Source: Candidatus Melainabacteria bacterium (GTDB lineage Bacteria; Cyanobacteriota; Vampirovibrionia; Vampirovibrionales; Vampirovibrionaceae). Taken from it: 64,000 nt of DNA. The translations under genes and the position numbers were made by a program. The notes under the pieces are model-generated. The model was not told the DNA's origin. It did not search any database and was given only the letters and a program-made list of their open reading frames with translations. Within the stretch, counting starts at the first letter, position 1. Every line of letters starts with the position of its first letter. The stretch is from assembly GCA_902168245.1 (NCBI GenBank), contig CABHPA010000167.1:1202-65201 (forward strand), given 5' to 3'. Below, piece by piece: positions 18,904 through 29,040 of the stretch.

Positions 18904-18940
18904 GTTTCCTGGCGGCCTCATCCGCCAGGAAACCATTCTT
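18904..18940 (+). terminator. putative intrinsic terminator after heme-oxygenase-like gene
   Basis: perfect 12-bp inverted repeat GTTTCCTGGCGG/CCGCCAGGAAAC with 6-nt loop; weak U-tract. Confidence 0.4.
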
Positions 18941-19260
18941 GCATGAATAAAGTACCTTAATTTTGAGTTATCAAAGGATAATCTGTAATGTTGGATTTAA
19001 TTAATTATTTATGGGGTTATTTTAACTGTACGGAATGTCTGATACGGGAAAACAACTGCCGACGATGTTTCCGTAAATTAATGGTGTTTCACCTCACGGG
19101 CCTTGTACCGCGACTATCCACAAGCAAAAAGCAGATGCTACAGAACCGCTAAAATCGTTTGTTTACTTCTCTTGTTAAATTGAACCATCGTTGGAGCAAC
19201 CGTATTTTCAGGCTTTTTTTAATCCATTTAGGTAAAGCCCAATTTGCTGAATCAATCATT

Positions 19261-19284
19261 TTAAATATCGCGTTAAATATCGCA
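19261..19284. repeat. tandem 12-nt direct repeat (TTAAATATCGCG x2, 11/12)
   Basis: immediately downstream of lytic transglycosylase stop on minus strand. Confidence 0.5.
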
Positions 19285-19289
19285 AACCC

Positions 19290-20048
19290 TTATGGGGGAA
19301 GCGCTGCGCCATTGGCCAATCGGTTTGAGAAATCCATGACTTTATCCACGTATGTGGCGTCTCCCGTTCCGGCGGGCAAAGCCTGTAAATTGCTGGGATC
19401 CACGCCGTTCGGGCCGGAATTGTAAGCTCTCAGCGCGGTCGGGATATCCCCGAACTGGCCCATCAAATCCTTCATATAGAACGCGCTCGCCATAATGTTG
19501 GTTTGCGGATCGGACAAATCCTGCCCCTGCAATTCAGGGTGCTTGGCCTGTAAGTCCTGGAAAGTATCCGGGGTCATCTGCATCAGGCCAACCTCACCAA
19601 TACCGCCACCACTATTTGGATTACCTCTTGATTCCTGCCACATCATGGCGCCCAGCACGTTTGCCGGTACGCCCGTCGCGGCGGACGCATTCTCGATTTC
19701 CTTGCCATATTTTTGCAGGGGGGCTGGTGCATTTGCCCCCAACGTGTTGCCTCCTGCCGGTGGTTTATATCCGCCTGTGCCTGGCGTGGCGTAGCCATTT
19801 CCGCCGCCTGCAAGTTGCGGCAGCAAAGCGGTTAATAGCTGAAGAATCAGTGAAACGATGCTGAACATTTGCTGGTTAATATCGCCTGCGGACTGACCGC
19901 CATTCCCGCCATACGAAGGCGTGTAGCTGTCGCCTTGTCCGCTGCCGTAACCGCCAGCGCTCAAAATGTTAGCATTGGAAGTCGACGCAGGTGACGCCGC
20001 CGGAGTTAAAGATTGCGCATACGCGCCTGAAAGCTGGCCTTGAATCAT
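19290..20048 (-). CDS. lytic transglycosylase (SLT domain) with Gly-rich N-terminal region
   Basis: MMWQESRGNPNSGGGIGEVGLMQMTPDTF catalytic motif; start set at ATG 20048 with GGAGAG RBS. Confidence 0.8.
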   Translation of the reverse strand: MIQGQLSGAYAQSLTPAASPASTSNANILSAGGYGSGQGDSYTPSYGGNGGQSAGDINQQMFSIVSLILQLLTALLPQLAGGGNGYATPGTGGYKPPAGGNTLGANAPAPLQKYGKEIENASAATGVPANVLGAMMWQESRGNPNSGGGIGEVGLMQMTPDTFQDLQAKHPELQGQDLSDPQTNIMASAFYMKDLMGQFGDIPTALRAYNSGPNGVDPSNLQALPAGTGDATYVDKVMDFSNRLANGAALPP

Positions 20049-20318
20049 GCTCTCTCCACCGAATCTCAATAAAGTTGCTAAACTGCTAAATCAGAACTAC
20101 GCCTCTCAGGAAAATAAGCCTCTTGAATTACGCCTCTTTAAAAATAAAAACAATCAATTACCAAAAATTGCTATTGATCCCATACATTCCCTATCACCGG
20201 GGCATATGTTTTACGCCTTTATGAGCGCATGCGATTTCCCGCCTGCCTATTGGCGGTGTTTTACACCCGTTTGCTCCCCAAAAGTGAATCAATCCGAGTT
20301 GCTAAAACCCGGAAATGG

Positions 20319-21032
20319 CTATCTGCTTAATATGGCTTGGTACTCAGCAGGAAAATCGAATTCTGGCGTTTTGTATTGGGCGTATTGATCCACAATCACC
20401 TTGCCGCCATGCTCAATCAGCATCCGGTAACTGCGCCCTACCTGTCGGGCCAGTGCCAGGGCAAGCTCCTGCCTAATGGCGTCCCCATGCCATTGCGAAA
20501 AAAGGTGCGAAGGAATACAGTCTTGCAGGCTGGCCGGTAAATTCCCCCTGTCTTCTAGTTTACAGCCATCGGTAATCGCCGTATGCGCGAACACGTTGAT
20601 GCCAATCCCGGTAATCAGCGCCCTGCAATGGTTTTCGCTAATCAGGCTCTCGGTCAGGATGCCGCCTAACTTGCGGCCATCCACGTATAAATCGTTAATC
20701 GGTTTCAGTTGAATGCCCAGCCCGGTGAGTTCTTGAATCGTTTCCGCGCAAGCCACCCCAGCCGCCAGGGTGAACAACGGCGTGAGGGGGATTTTCCCCT
20801 GGGCTTGCCCGGTCAATGTTTCCCCCGGAAGCGGATGCACCACCGAACAATACAAACCGGCTCCCGGCGGCGAGAACCATCGCCTGCCATGGGTGCCTTT
20901 TCCCGCCGTCTGGCTTTCAGCGCGCAACAGGCAGGGGCGGGTAATTCTACCGTCCGCCAGAAGGCGCTTGGCCTCCTCGTTGGTGGAGTCCAGCTCGTCG
21001 TATAACAGCAACTCAAAGTCAGGAATTGTCAC
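20319..21032 (-). CDS. birA: biotin--[acetyl-CoA-carboxylase] ligase (BirA, catalytic domain only)
   Basis: SQTAGKGTHGRRWFSPPGAGLYCSV BPL motif; no N-terminal HTH. Confidence 0.85.
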   Translation of the reverse strand: MTIPDFELLLYDELDSTNEEAKRLLADGRITRPCLLRAESQTAGKGTHGRRWFSPPGAGLYCSVVHPLPGETLTGQAQGKIPLTPLFTLAAGVACAETIQELTGLGIQLKPINDLYVDGRKLGGILTESLISENHCRALITGIGINVFAHTAITDGCKLEDRGNLPASLQDCIPSHLFSQWHGDAIRQELALALARQVGRSYRMLIEHGGKVIVDQYAQYKTPEFDFPAEYQAILSR

Positions 21033-21053
21033 GGGAACATTTGCGGAAATTCA

Positions 21054-22007
21054 TTACACTGTTTTGGGCGATCGGTTGGGGTAAGGCGTCACCGCCAAAT
21101 CCTGAATCTCGCTTGGCAACAGCCCTTGGGTCTGCGCCAGCAATTGTCGGATCACTTCCGACGCCGCTTTCAGTTTAACCGGATCGACGCCGGTTTCAAT
21201 CCCTTTTTCACTTAAAAACCGCACCAGCGCTTCCGTGGATAAATTGCCCGAAGCGCCGGGCGCGTAAGGGCATCCCCCCAGCCCACCGGCGGAAGAATCG
21301 TAAATGCCAATGCCCAAATCCAGCGACGCCTGCACGTTTTCAATGGCCAACCCGTTGGTGTCATGAAAATGCATGGCGATTTTTTCCAGCGGGACAGCCT
21401 GCAACAGATAGCCCATTGTCTCGCTCACATCCGTCGGGGTGGCCTGCCCGATGGTATCGCCGATGGACACTTCGGAAACGCCCATATCCAGCAATCGGCG
21501 GGTTACGTCCAGAACCGGCGCTTTATCGATTTTGCCTTCATACGGGCAATAAAACGCGGTGGAGATATAACCGCGCACCCACATGCCTTCTTGCCGCGCC
21601 CTTTTTACTACAGGCGTAAAATTTTCAAACGATTCATCCACCGTCATATTGATATTGCGCTGGTTAAACGTGTCGGAGGCCGCCGTAAACACCGCAATTT
21701 CCCGTATACCGGACTCCAGGGCGCGATCCAGCCCCTTCATATTCGGCACCAGCGCAGAATAGTGCACCCCCGGAAAATCCGGCAATCCTCGCACCACGTC
21801 CAACGCGTCGTACAACTGGGGAATGGCCTTGGGACGCACGAACGAAGTCACTTCAATGAATTTCAGCCCGGCTTCGGCCAGTTTTTGAATGTAATCCAGC
21901 TTGGTTTCGGTGGGAATAATACTTCTCTCGTTCTGCAAGCCGTCCCTGGGTCCCACTTCCACAATTTTGACCTGCCGCACTGGTCGGGTGCCGGATTCCG
22001 TGGCCAT
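21054..22007 (-). CDS. hydroxymethylglutaryl-CoA lyase
   Basis: VKIVEVGPRDGLQNE signature, TIM-barrel HMGL-like; part of leucine catabolic cluster. Confidence 0.9.
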   Translation of the reverse strand: MATESGTRPVRQVKIVEVGPRDGLQNERSIIPTETKLDYIQKLAEAGLKFIEVTSFVRPKAIPQLYDALDVVRGLPDFPGVHYSALVPNMKGLDRALESGIREIAVFTAASDTFNQRNINMTVDESFENFTPVVKRARQEGMWVRGYISTAFYCPYEGKIDKAPVLDVTRRLLDMGVSEVSIGDTIGQATPTDVSETMGYLLQAVPLEKIAMHFHDTNGLAIENVQASLDLGIGIYDSSAGGLGGCPYAPGASGNLSTEALVRFLSEKGIETGVDPVKLKAASEVIRQLLAQTQGLLPSEIQDLAVTPYPNRSPKTV

Positions 22008-22073
22008 GCCTGATTCTCTCCTAGCGTTGACTGTGTTTTCCTATTGTACCCGGCTTCGGCTGGATAAAGGCCG

Positions 22074-22595
22074 CTAAGCTTCCAGCCTGACCAGCACCGC
22101 GCCCATTTCCACCAGGTGCCCTTCCGTGCAGGAAACGCTTTGAATCACACCGGCCTGCGGGGCGGACAGGGTCATTTCCATTTTCATGGATTCCATAATC
22201 ACCAGCGGCTGATTTGCTTCCACCGAATCTCCCACCTTTACCGGCACTTTTAGCACGGTGCCAGGCATGGGCGCCTTGATCTCCCCATCGCTTAGCGTTG
22301 CCGCGCCCGTCCCGCCCGCGCGCCGGGACGCCGGGTTGACCAGGGTGATGGCATAGGTTTTACCGTCCAGCCAAATGTGCAAATTATCCTGCTTCTGGCT
22401 CATGTAAAAAGGCAGAATACGCCCCCCGTAATTCAGCCAGCCTTCGCCGGGGCCGGTCAGCACCAGGGTGCCTTCATACACGGTATCGGCCATACTGATT
22501 GAAAATTGGTTGCCGCTCAGTTTGCAATCCAGCACTGCGGGTTCCGCCCGATCGGGGAGTGTGAGGGTCACTTTTGACATACCAGTTGCCTCCAT
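22074..22595 (-). CDS. methylcrotonyl-CoA carboxylase alpha subunit, C-terminal portion (BT domain + biotinyl/BCCP domain); likely 3' part of a split or frameshifted gene
   Basis: biotinyl motif VIMESMKMEMTL; start taken at ATG 22595 (MEATGMSK), track ORF begins on TTG; overlaps upstream BC-domain ORF. Confidence 0.6.
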   Translation of the reverse strand: MEATGMSKVTLTLPDRAEPAVLDCKLSGNQFSISMADTVYEGTLVLTGPGEGWLNYGGRILPFYMSQKQDNLHIWLDGKTYAITLVNPASRRAGGTGAATLSDGEIKAPMPGTVLKVPVKVGDSVEANQPLVIMESMKMEMTLSAPQAGVIQSVSCTEGHLVEMGAVLVRLEA

Positions 22596-24124
22596 GCGCC
22601 ACCTTGAGCCCAAGGCGATAGCGTTTGCGAAAAACCGCCCGAGGTGGTTCCAAAGATTCCATGTTCTTCTTGTACCCGCGGGGTGGCACTACCCACACGA
22701 CTTCTTAAAATATGTGAAGAAAGACCCGCCGCCAGAATGGCCGCAATCGGCGTTTCAACCGGCTTCAAGTCCACCGGGTTTTCTTCCAGAAAGTGCGTAT
22801 GGACTTCTCCGGCCCGAAAGCGGGGATGATCGATAATCGCCTTCAGGAATTCCACGTTGTTGGGAACCCCCAGCACCGCAAAGCGAGACAATGCCCAGGA
22901 CATTTTTTCCAGCGCGGCCTGCCGTTCCTTGCCCCACACCACCAGCTTGGCCAGCATCGGGTCGTAATGCACGGTCACTTCGCCGCCTTCCCGCACACCG
23001 CTGTCCAGCCGAATGGATGGCCCTTGCGGCGGGCGGTAAAAATCCAGCGTACCAACGCCGGGCATAAAGTTGCGGGCCGGATCTTCCGCGTAAATGCGAC
23101 ATTCAACCGCATGGCCGTCCTGTCGCAAGTCGTCCTGGCTAAAAGGTAAGGGCAACCCGGCGGCCACCTGCACTTGCAGCCGTACCAAATCCTGATGCAC
23201 GGTCATTTCGGTGATGGGATGCTCCACTTGCAGGCGGGTGTTCACTTCCAGAAAGTAAAAAGACCCATCCTCGCCGAAAATGAATTCCACGGTTCCCGCG
23301 TTGGTATAGCCCATCGCCTCGGCGGCCTTGACCGCCGCGTTTCCCATCGCGTTCCGCAATTGCGGGGTGAGGGCCGGGGAGGGGGTTTCCTCGATGATTT
23401 TCTGGTGACGGCGCTGGATGGAACATTCTCGCTCGAACAGATGCACCACGTTCCCGTGGTGGTCACCAAAAATCTGGAACTCGATATGCCGGGGCCGGGT
23501 AATGTATTTTTCCAGAAACACCCGCGCGTCCCCGAAGGCACTTTGCGCTTCCCGCGCCGCCGCTGAAAATGCCGCTTCCAATTCACTGGCCTGATGCACC
23601 AGCCGCATGCCCTTGCCACCGCCGCCCGCCGCCGCTTTAACCAGCAACGGGTAGCCAATGACATCCGCTTTTGCGCGAATGACCGAAAAATCCGTTTCCA
23701 AATCGCCGGACCAACCCGGCACTACCGGAACGCCCGCCTCAACCATCTTGTCCTTGGCGATGATTTTATCGCCCATCTCCCGAATCACCTCCGGCCTGGG
23801 GCCGATGAAGATCATCCCGTGTTCGGCGCATCCCTGGGCGAATGTGGCGTTCTCGGATAAAAACCCGTACCCAGGATGCACCGCGTCCACACCCAGCGCC
23901 TGGGCCAGTACGAGAATTCTTTCGCCTTGCAGATAGGTTTCCGCCGGTTTTTGCCCCGGCAAGTGAATGACCTCATCGGCCATTCGCACATGCTCGGCCT
24001 GCAAGTCCGGGTCGGACGCCAGGGCCACGGTGCGAATCCCCATTTCCTGAAGGGTCTGCATAATGCGAACCGCGATTTCACCCCGGTTGGCCACCAATAC
24101 CTTGTTAAAAAGCGGTTTGGACAT
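22568..24124 (-). CDS. methylcrotonyl-CoA carboxylase alpha subunit, biotin carboxylase (ATP-grasp) portion
   Basis: MSKPLFNKVLVANRGEIAVRI, EMNTRLQVEHPITE biotin carboxylase motifs; C-terminal SPWAQGGAWRQL resembles MCCC1 BT-domain start then stops. Confidence 0.8.
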   Translation of the reverse strand: MSKPLFNKVLVANRGEIAVRIMQTLQEMGIRTVALASDPDLQAEHVRMADEVIHLPGQKPAETYLQGERILVLAQALGVDAVHPGYGFLSENATFAQGCAEHGMIFIGPRPEVIREMGDKIIAKDKMVEAGVPVVPGWSGDLETDFSVIRAKADVIGYPLLVKAAAGGGGKGMRLVHQASELEAAFSAAAREAQSAFGDARVFLEKYITRPRHIEFQIFGDHHGNVVHLFERECSIQRRHQKIIEETPSPALTPQLRNAMGNAAVKAAEAMGYTNAGTVEFIFGEDGSFYFLEVNTRLQVEHPITEMTVHQDLVRLQVQVAAGLPLPFSQDDLRQDGHAVECRIYAEDPARNFMPGVGTLDFYRPPQGPSIRLDSGVREGGEVTVHYDPMLAKLVVWGKERQAALEKMSWALSRFAVLGVPNNVEFLKAIIDHPRFRAGEVHTHFLEENPVDLKPVETPIAAILAAGLSSHILRSRVGSATPRVQEEHGIFGTTSGGFSQTLSPWAQGGAWRQLVCQK

Positions 24125-24130
24125 AACTGT

Positions 24131-24964
24131 TTAACCTTTCGTCGCCGGGGCGTTGGGTTGCATCCAGTATGGCGGGCGCTTTTCCAAGAAGGCTTTCATC
24201 CCTTCCTGCCCCTCCCTGGAAACGCGCCGATCCGCAATCATCTTGGTGGTAATGTCCACCGCCCGATCCCAGTCGCAATTCCCGATTTTCTCAATCAGCA
24301 CCTTGCACTGGGTCACGGCTTCCGGGCCATTGGCTGCCAATGCTTCCACTATACGCGCAATCCTGTCGTCCAGCGCCTCCACATCGGGCGCCACTTCCGA
24401 AACCAGGCCAATCCGCAACGCTTCCGCCGCCTCGAATTTCTCGGCGGTAAGAAAATAACGTTGTGCGGCCGATTGGCCGATCTTCTTCATTACAAACGGC
24501 GAAATGACGGCGGGCAGCAGGCCCAGTTTCACTTCGCTCAGGCAGAAGGCGGCGTTTTCCACGGAAACAGCGATATCGCAGGCCGCGATTAACCCGACCC
24601 CGCCACCAAAGGCCGCGCCATGCACCCGGGCAATCACCGGCTTGGGGCAATGGTAGATGGTTCGCAGCATGGCGGCCAAATCGTGGGCGTCTTCCACGTT
24701 TTGCTCAAAACTGTAATCCACCATTTTTTTCATCCAGTTGAGATCGGCTCCCGCGCAAAAAGATTTCCCTTCGCCGCTCAAAATCACCGCCCGCACATCG
24801 GAATGTTTGCCGAACCCGGCAAAGGCTTCCCGCAACTCCTCAATCATGGTTTCGTTAAAGGCGTTATGCAGTTCGGGCCGAGCCAGCGTCACCCTGGCGA
24901 TTGAAACGCCCGTTTGCCCTTCCCCTGCCAATTGTTCCAGGCTAACCCGTACAAATTCTCCCAT
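24131..24964 (-). CDS. enoyl-CoA hydratase/isomerase family (probable methylglutaconyl-CoA hydratase)
   Basis: crotonase fold motifs ILSGEGKSFCAGADL, GAAFGGGVGLIAACD; between MCC alpha and beta genes. Confidence 0.85.
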   Translation of the reverse strand: MGEFVRVSLEQLAGEGQTGVSIARVTLARPELHNAFNETMIEELREAFAGFGKHSDVRAVILSGEGKSFCAGADLNWMKKMVDYSFEQNVEDAHDLAAMLRTIYHCPKPVIARVHGAAFGGGVGLIAACDIAVSVENAAFCLSEVKLGLLPAVISPFVMKKIGQSAAQRYFLTAEKFEAAEALRIGLVSEVAPDVEALDDRIARIVEALAANGPEAVTQCKVLIEKIGNCDWDRAVDITTKMIADRRVSREGQEGMKAFLEKRPPYWMQPNAPATKG

Positions 24965-25208
24965 CGCTCATACCTCGCTGCGGATGACCTCTTGGTTTGA
25001 GCCTAGCAGGAACGCTTCCGTTTTTAAATAGTTTTTCGTTATTCGCTTTACAAGCCCAACGGAGCGCCCTTGCCAGTCCCGGCCCGGAATATGAAACAGG
25101 ATACGGAACAGGCTGCTTTCCTTTCCGTCCAATTAGGCTGGGAGTCTATTTTTCCAAAAACGCTTCAATATATGTTCGCGATGCATAGGCGAACGTTTAT
25201 AGCGGGAA

Positions 25209-26633
25209 TTGAGGAACTTACGGATGGTTCGCAGCAACAACGCGAGTTTGCCCGCGAGTTTTCCAAGGTTTACGCGTGTGCTGTTCGGTTTTGCCGTACT
25301 CACCCTGATTATCATTTACGTGATTTCCATCCTCAGCCTGTACCATACCGAGCAGAGCCTGAAATGGGTCAACCGCTCCGAAAAAATCAACAACCAGATT
25401 GAAACGCTGGCTTCCATCGTGCATGACGCCGAAATCGGCGAGAGCCTGTATGCCAAAACCGATAACCCGGCTTATTTCAAGCCGTTTGAGGCCGAACTGG
25501 AAGTGGAGCAGGAAACCCTGGAACAGTTAAGGCTGCTGACTCGCGGCAACCCCAGCCAGCAAAACCGCCTGAATCAACTGGACAGTCTGATTCAACAGAG
25601 AGTTGAATTGCTGAGAAAAATTGTGAACACCCGCAAGCAATACGGGCCATCCCCCGCGCGCCAACTGGTGTTGACCGGCGAGGGAAAGTCGCTGATGCTG
25701 GAAATCAGCGCCCTGGTAAAGGGCATGAAAACCGAGGAATTTCGGTTGATTCGCCATCGGCAGGCAAAACTGAACAGCGTGAAAAAGCGCATCGCCATTG
25801 TCTCGGCCGTTTCCTTCCTGTTTGCGCTGTCCTTTATTATTTGGGGTTATACTTTAACGGAAAAATTCAATCGCAAGCTGCAACAATCGGTGAGTGACGC
25901 ACAGCAATACGCCGACAAGCTGGAGCAAATCAACCGGGAGCTGGATCAAGTGGCCGCCATCGCCTCCCACGACTTAAAAGCGCCGCTTCGCAAGATTAAA
26001 ATCTTTATTGATTCCATCATAGGGGACGCCGCCAGCACTTTTTCGGAAGAAAGCCGGGATTATTTAGACAGGACACGGGCTTCGGTGATTAAAATGCAGG
26101 ATCTGGTCGATCATGTGCTGGAAATCGCCCGGCAGAAACCCGCGTCATTTTCAGGGGAAACGCTGGATCTTGCCCAACTGGCCGAAGAAGTTTGCTCTTC
26201 GCTTGAAGAACGCGTCAGGGAAACCCAGGGGCGGGTTGAAGTTGGGGCCATGTGCGCCTTTCCGGGCAACCGTACCGAAATGACCCAGCTATTGCAAAAC
26301 TTGATAGAAAACGGTCTGAAGTACCACCGGCCCGATGTGCCGCCGTTGGTGCAGGTTTCCGCGCGCGCCACCGAGGAAGGCGGTTGCGAGATCCGGGTGA
26401 AGGACAACGGCATCGGTATTGCGGCCCAGAACCGCAAGGATGTGTTCCAGATGTTCCGCAGGCTCCAGCATCCCAAGCCTTATGGGGGAACCGGCATTGG
26501 GTTGGGAACGGTCAAAAACATCGTGGAACGCAACCATGGGGTCATCCGGGTGGAAAGCGCACCCCTGCAAGGCTCGGAATTCATCGTGAGCCTGCCTGCC
26601 CGCAACGGGCATTCGCCCGCCCCAAGCGGCTAG
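25209..26633 (+). CDS. sensor histidine kinase with N-terminal CHASE3 domain
   Basis: TM helix then CHASE3-like helical sensor ([24 protein letters not shown]..), H-box [12 protein letters not shown], HATPase GTGIGLGTV; no adjacent response regulator. Confidence 0.85.
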   Translation: MRNLRMVRSNNASLPASFPRFTRVLFGFAVLTLIIIYVISILSLYHTEQSLKWVNRSEKINNQIETLASIVHDAEIGESLYAKTDNPAYFKPFEAELEVEQETLEQLRLLTRGNPSQQNRLNQLDSLIQQRVELLRKIVNTRKQYGPSPARQLVLTGEGKSLMLEISALVKGMKTEEFRLIRHRQAKLNSVKKRIAIVSAVSFLFALSFIIWGYTLTEKFNRKLQQSVSDAQQYADKLEQINRELDQVAAIASHDLKAPLRKIKIFIDSIIGDAASTFSEESRDYLDRTRASVIKMQDLVDHVLEIARQKPASFSGETLDLAQLAEEVCSSLEERVRETQGRVEVGAMCAFPGNRTEMTQLLQNLIENGLKYHRPDVPPLVQVSARATEEGGCEIRVKDNGIGIAAQNRKDVFQMFRRLQHPKPYGGTGIGLGTVKNIVERNHGVIRVESAPLQGSEFIVSLPARNGHSPAPSG

Positions 26634-28240
26634 AAGCGGAAAACGCCGTGTTCCCGTTTGGGGAATGGCGCATTCAGGGCCGCAGCAATCCCCAGGCCCA
26701 GCACCATGCGGGTATCGGCGGGGTCAATGATTCCATCGTCCCATAAGCGGGCGGTACTATGGTAGGCGCTGCTTTCCGTAGCGTATTTTTCCAGGGTGGG
26801 GCGCTTGAATTCTTCCTCCGCATCGGGGGACATGGCCGGTTTGCCTTGCGCGGCAAGCTGGTCTTTCTTCACGGTCAGCAGCACGTTGGCGGCCTGTTCC
26901 CCGCCCATTACAGAAATCCGGGCGTTCGGCCACATCCACAACTGGCGCGCGCCAAAGGCCCGGCCACACATGCCATAATTTCCCGCCCCGTAAGAGCCGC
27001 CGATAATCACCGTAAACTTTGGCACCGCCGCATTGGAAACCGCCATCACCATCTTGGCCCCGTCCCGCGCAATGCCGCCCGCCTCGTACTGGCGGCCCAC
27101 CATAAAGCCGGTGATGTTTTGCAGGAACACCAGCGGAATGCCGCGCTGGCTGCACAATTCTATAAAATGGGCGGCTTTCATGGCGCTTTCCGAGAATAAC
27201 ACGCCGTTGTTGGCCACAATTCCCACCGGGTAGCCGTAAATACGGGCGAACCCCGTGACCAGGGTGGCGCCGTACAACGCCTTGAACTCGTGGAAACGGC
27301 TGCCGTCCACTAGGCGGGCGATAATTTCCCGCACATCGTACGGCTTGCGAATGTCTTTCTGGATGACGCCGTAGATTTCATGCGGGTCGTACAGCGGATC
27401 TTCGGGAATATCCTGATTCAGCGGCGCTTGCGGGTGACGGTTCAGGTTCTGCACGATGTTGCGGGTAATGGTGATGGCGTCTTCATCGTTCAGGGCGTAA
27501 TGGTCGGTCACGCCGGAGGTGCGGCAATGCACGTCCGCGCCGCCCAGGTCTTCCGCACTCACCTCTTCCCCAGTGGCGGCTTTTACCAATGGCGGCCCAC
27601 CCAGAAAAATAGTGCCTTGCTGGCGGACAATCACGCTTTCATCGCACATTGCCGGAATATAAGCGCCGCCCGCCGTACAGGAACCCATTACCACCGCGAT
27701 TTGGGGAATGCCCTTGGCGGACATGCGGGCCTGGTTGTAAAAAATACGCCCGAAATGCTCCTTATCGGGGAATACCTCATCCTGCAAGGGCAGGAACGCC
27801 CCGCCGGAATCCACTAGGTAAATGCAGGGCAAGCCGTTTTCCTCGGCGATTTCCTGGGCGCGCAGGTGCTTCTTGACGGTCATCGGGAAATAGGTGCCGC
27901 CCTTCACGGTGGCGTCGTTGGCCACAATCATGCATTCCACGCCTTGCACCCGGCCGATGCCGGTGACGATCCCCGCACCCGGCGCTGCCCCTTCATAGAG
28001 ATCGTAGGCAGCCAGCGCGCTGAACTCCAGAAACGGGGCATCCGAATCCAGCAAAGCCTCAATACGATCCCGCACAAACAGCTTTCCCCGGCCGGTATGA
28101 CGTTCCACAACGGCTTTCCCGCCCCCTGCGTTGGCAAAGGCCACCCGCTCCCTGAGCTGGGCCACTTGCTCCGCCATGAAGGCGTAGTTTTCCCGGTAGA
28201 TCGAATCGCCGGTATTGATGCTGGTATTTAAAACATCCAT
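26630..28240 (-). CDS. methylcrotonyl-CoA carboxylase beta subunit (carboxyltransferase)
   Basis: 536 aa carboxyl transferase domain, [28 protein letters not shown]; stop overlaps HK stop. Confidence 0.9.
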   Translation of the reverse strand: MDVLNTSINTGDSIYRENYAFMAEQVAQLRERVAFANAGGGKAVVERHTGRGKLFVRDRIEALLDSDAPFLEFSALAAYDLYEGAAPGAGIVTGIGRVQGVECMIVANDATVKGGTYFPMTVKKHLRAQEIAEENGLPCIYLVDSGGAFLPLQDEVFPDKEHFGRIFYNQARMSAKGIPQIAVVMGSCTAGGAYIPAMCDESVIVRQQGTIFLGGPPLVKAATGEEVSAEDLGGADVHCRTSGVTDHYALNDEDAITITRNIVQNLNRHPQAPLNQDIPEDPLYDPHEIYGVIQKDIRKPYDVREIIARLVDGSRFHEFKALYGATLVTGFARIYGYPVGIVANNGVLFSESAMKAAHFIELCSQRGIPLVFLQNITGFMVGRQYEAGGIARDGAKMVMAVSNAAVPKFTVIIGGSYGAGNYGMCGRAFGARQLWMWPNARISVMGGEQAANVLLTVKKDQLAAQGKPAMSPDAEEEFKRPTLEKYATESSAYHSTARLWDDGIIDPADTRMVLGLGIAAALNAPFPKREHGVFRF

Positions 28241-28702
28241 TGTTCTTGCCCCCGATAGCCTCTTCCGAATGAGTGCGGCTGCTTACAATCCACCAATTGA
28301 GCTGTTGACAACCTGATAAAAAGAGTACGATGAAAAAAGCCGGAAAAACAGCACCCTTATCCGGTGGGCATACTGGTTTGGTAACAGTGCTTTAAGAAAA
28401 AACAAGGTTTTTGGCAATTTGTAAATATTTGTAAACTTTAATTTTTTTTTCGTTAAACGGAGATTGCAACGAGCGCCGTAAGATCCGTAACAAGGATGAG
28501 TTTGATCTCATCCGTAACCGGACGGCTACTTTAAATCTGACCCGGCCGGATCTATAATAAAATAGTTAGTATACTTTTTGAACTATAGCGGCCTGACAAG
28601 GCGTTTCAAGCCAGTCGCACGACCCTCGATACCGCCATTCAAAGCCGTTTATCCGGTTCGTCAAGTGTCCAAATTCACATTCGAAGGAACCGCCCGAAGA
28701 TC

Positions 28703-29002
28703 ATGTACTACGATGGTCACGTCCATATTGAAGAAGAAGACCAGTGCTACACCTGCGAGTATTTTCTCAAAGGGGTCATGTGTCCCTTGCTCGAAGCGCT
28801 GGCGGTTGGGGTCGCCCATTTGGAAGGCGACGTGCTGGTGAAGAATTGCGGCTTCTACGTGGAATTCAAAAGGCACCTGCAATTGGTTGACACGCCTGAA
28901 TCCACGGAAAACGACACGCCCCCCGCCACGGATCCCACCGGGGATAAGACAGACAGCTCAGGCGATAAACCCGGTCGCACCAAGCGTTTTAACGCACCAT
29001 AA
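28703..29002 (+). CDS. hypothetical small Cys-containing protein (99 aa) with acidic disordered tail
   Basis: GC3-rich ORF, CxxC (CYTC) plus two further Cys; about 380 nt AT-rich leader upstream. Confidence 0.35.
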   Translation: MYYDGHVHIEEEDQCYTCEYFLKGVMCPLLEALAVGVAHLEGDVLVKNCGFYVEFKRHLQLVDTPESTENDTPPATDPTGDKTDSSGDKPGRTKRFNAP

Positions 29003-29040
29003 CCCCCTGGGTTGGTCTGTTGCGATAGGCTTTTTGGCTT

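Noticed and set aside
23876-24592. 238-aa plus-strand ORF overlapping MCC alpha and hydratase genes
   Set aside because: Antisense of two well-supported genes.
28330-28395. 21-codon ORF MKKAGKTAPLSGGHTGLVTVL in AT-rich leader
   Set aside because: Weak RBS and no supporting features; not reported as a gene.
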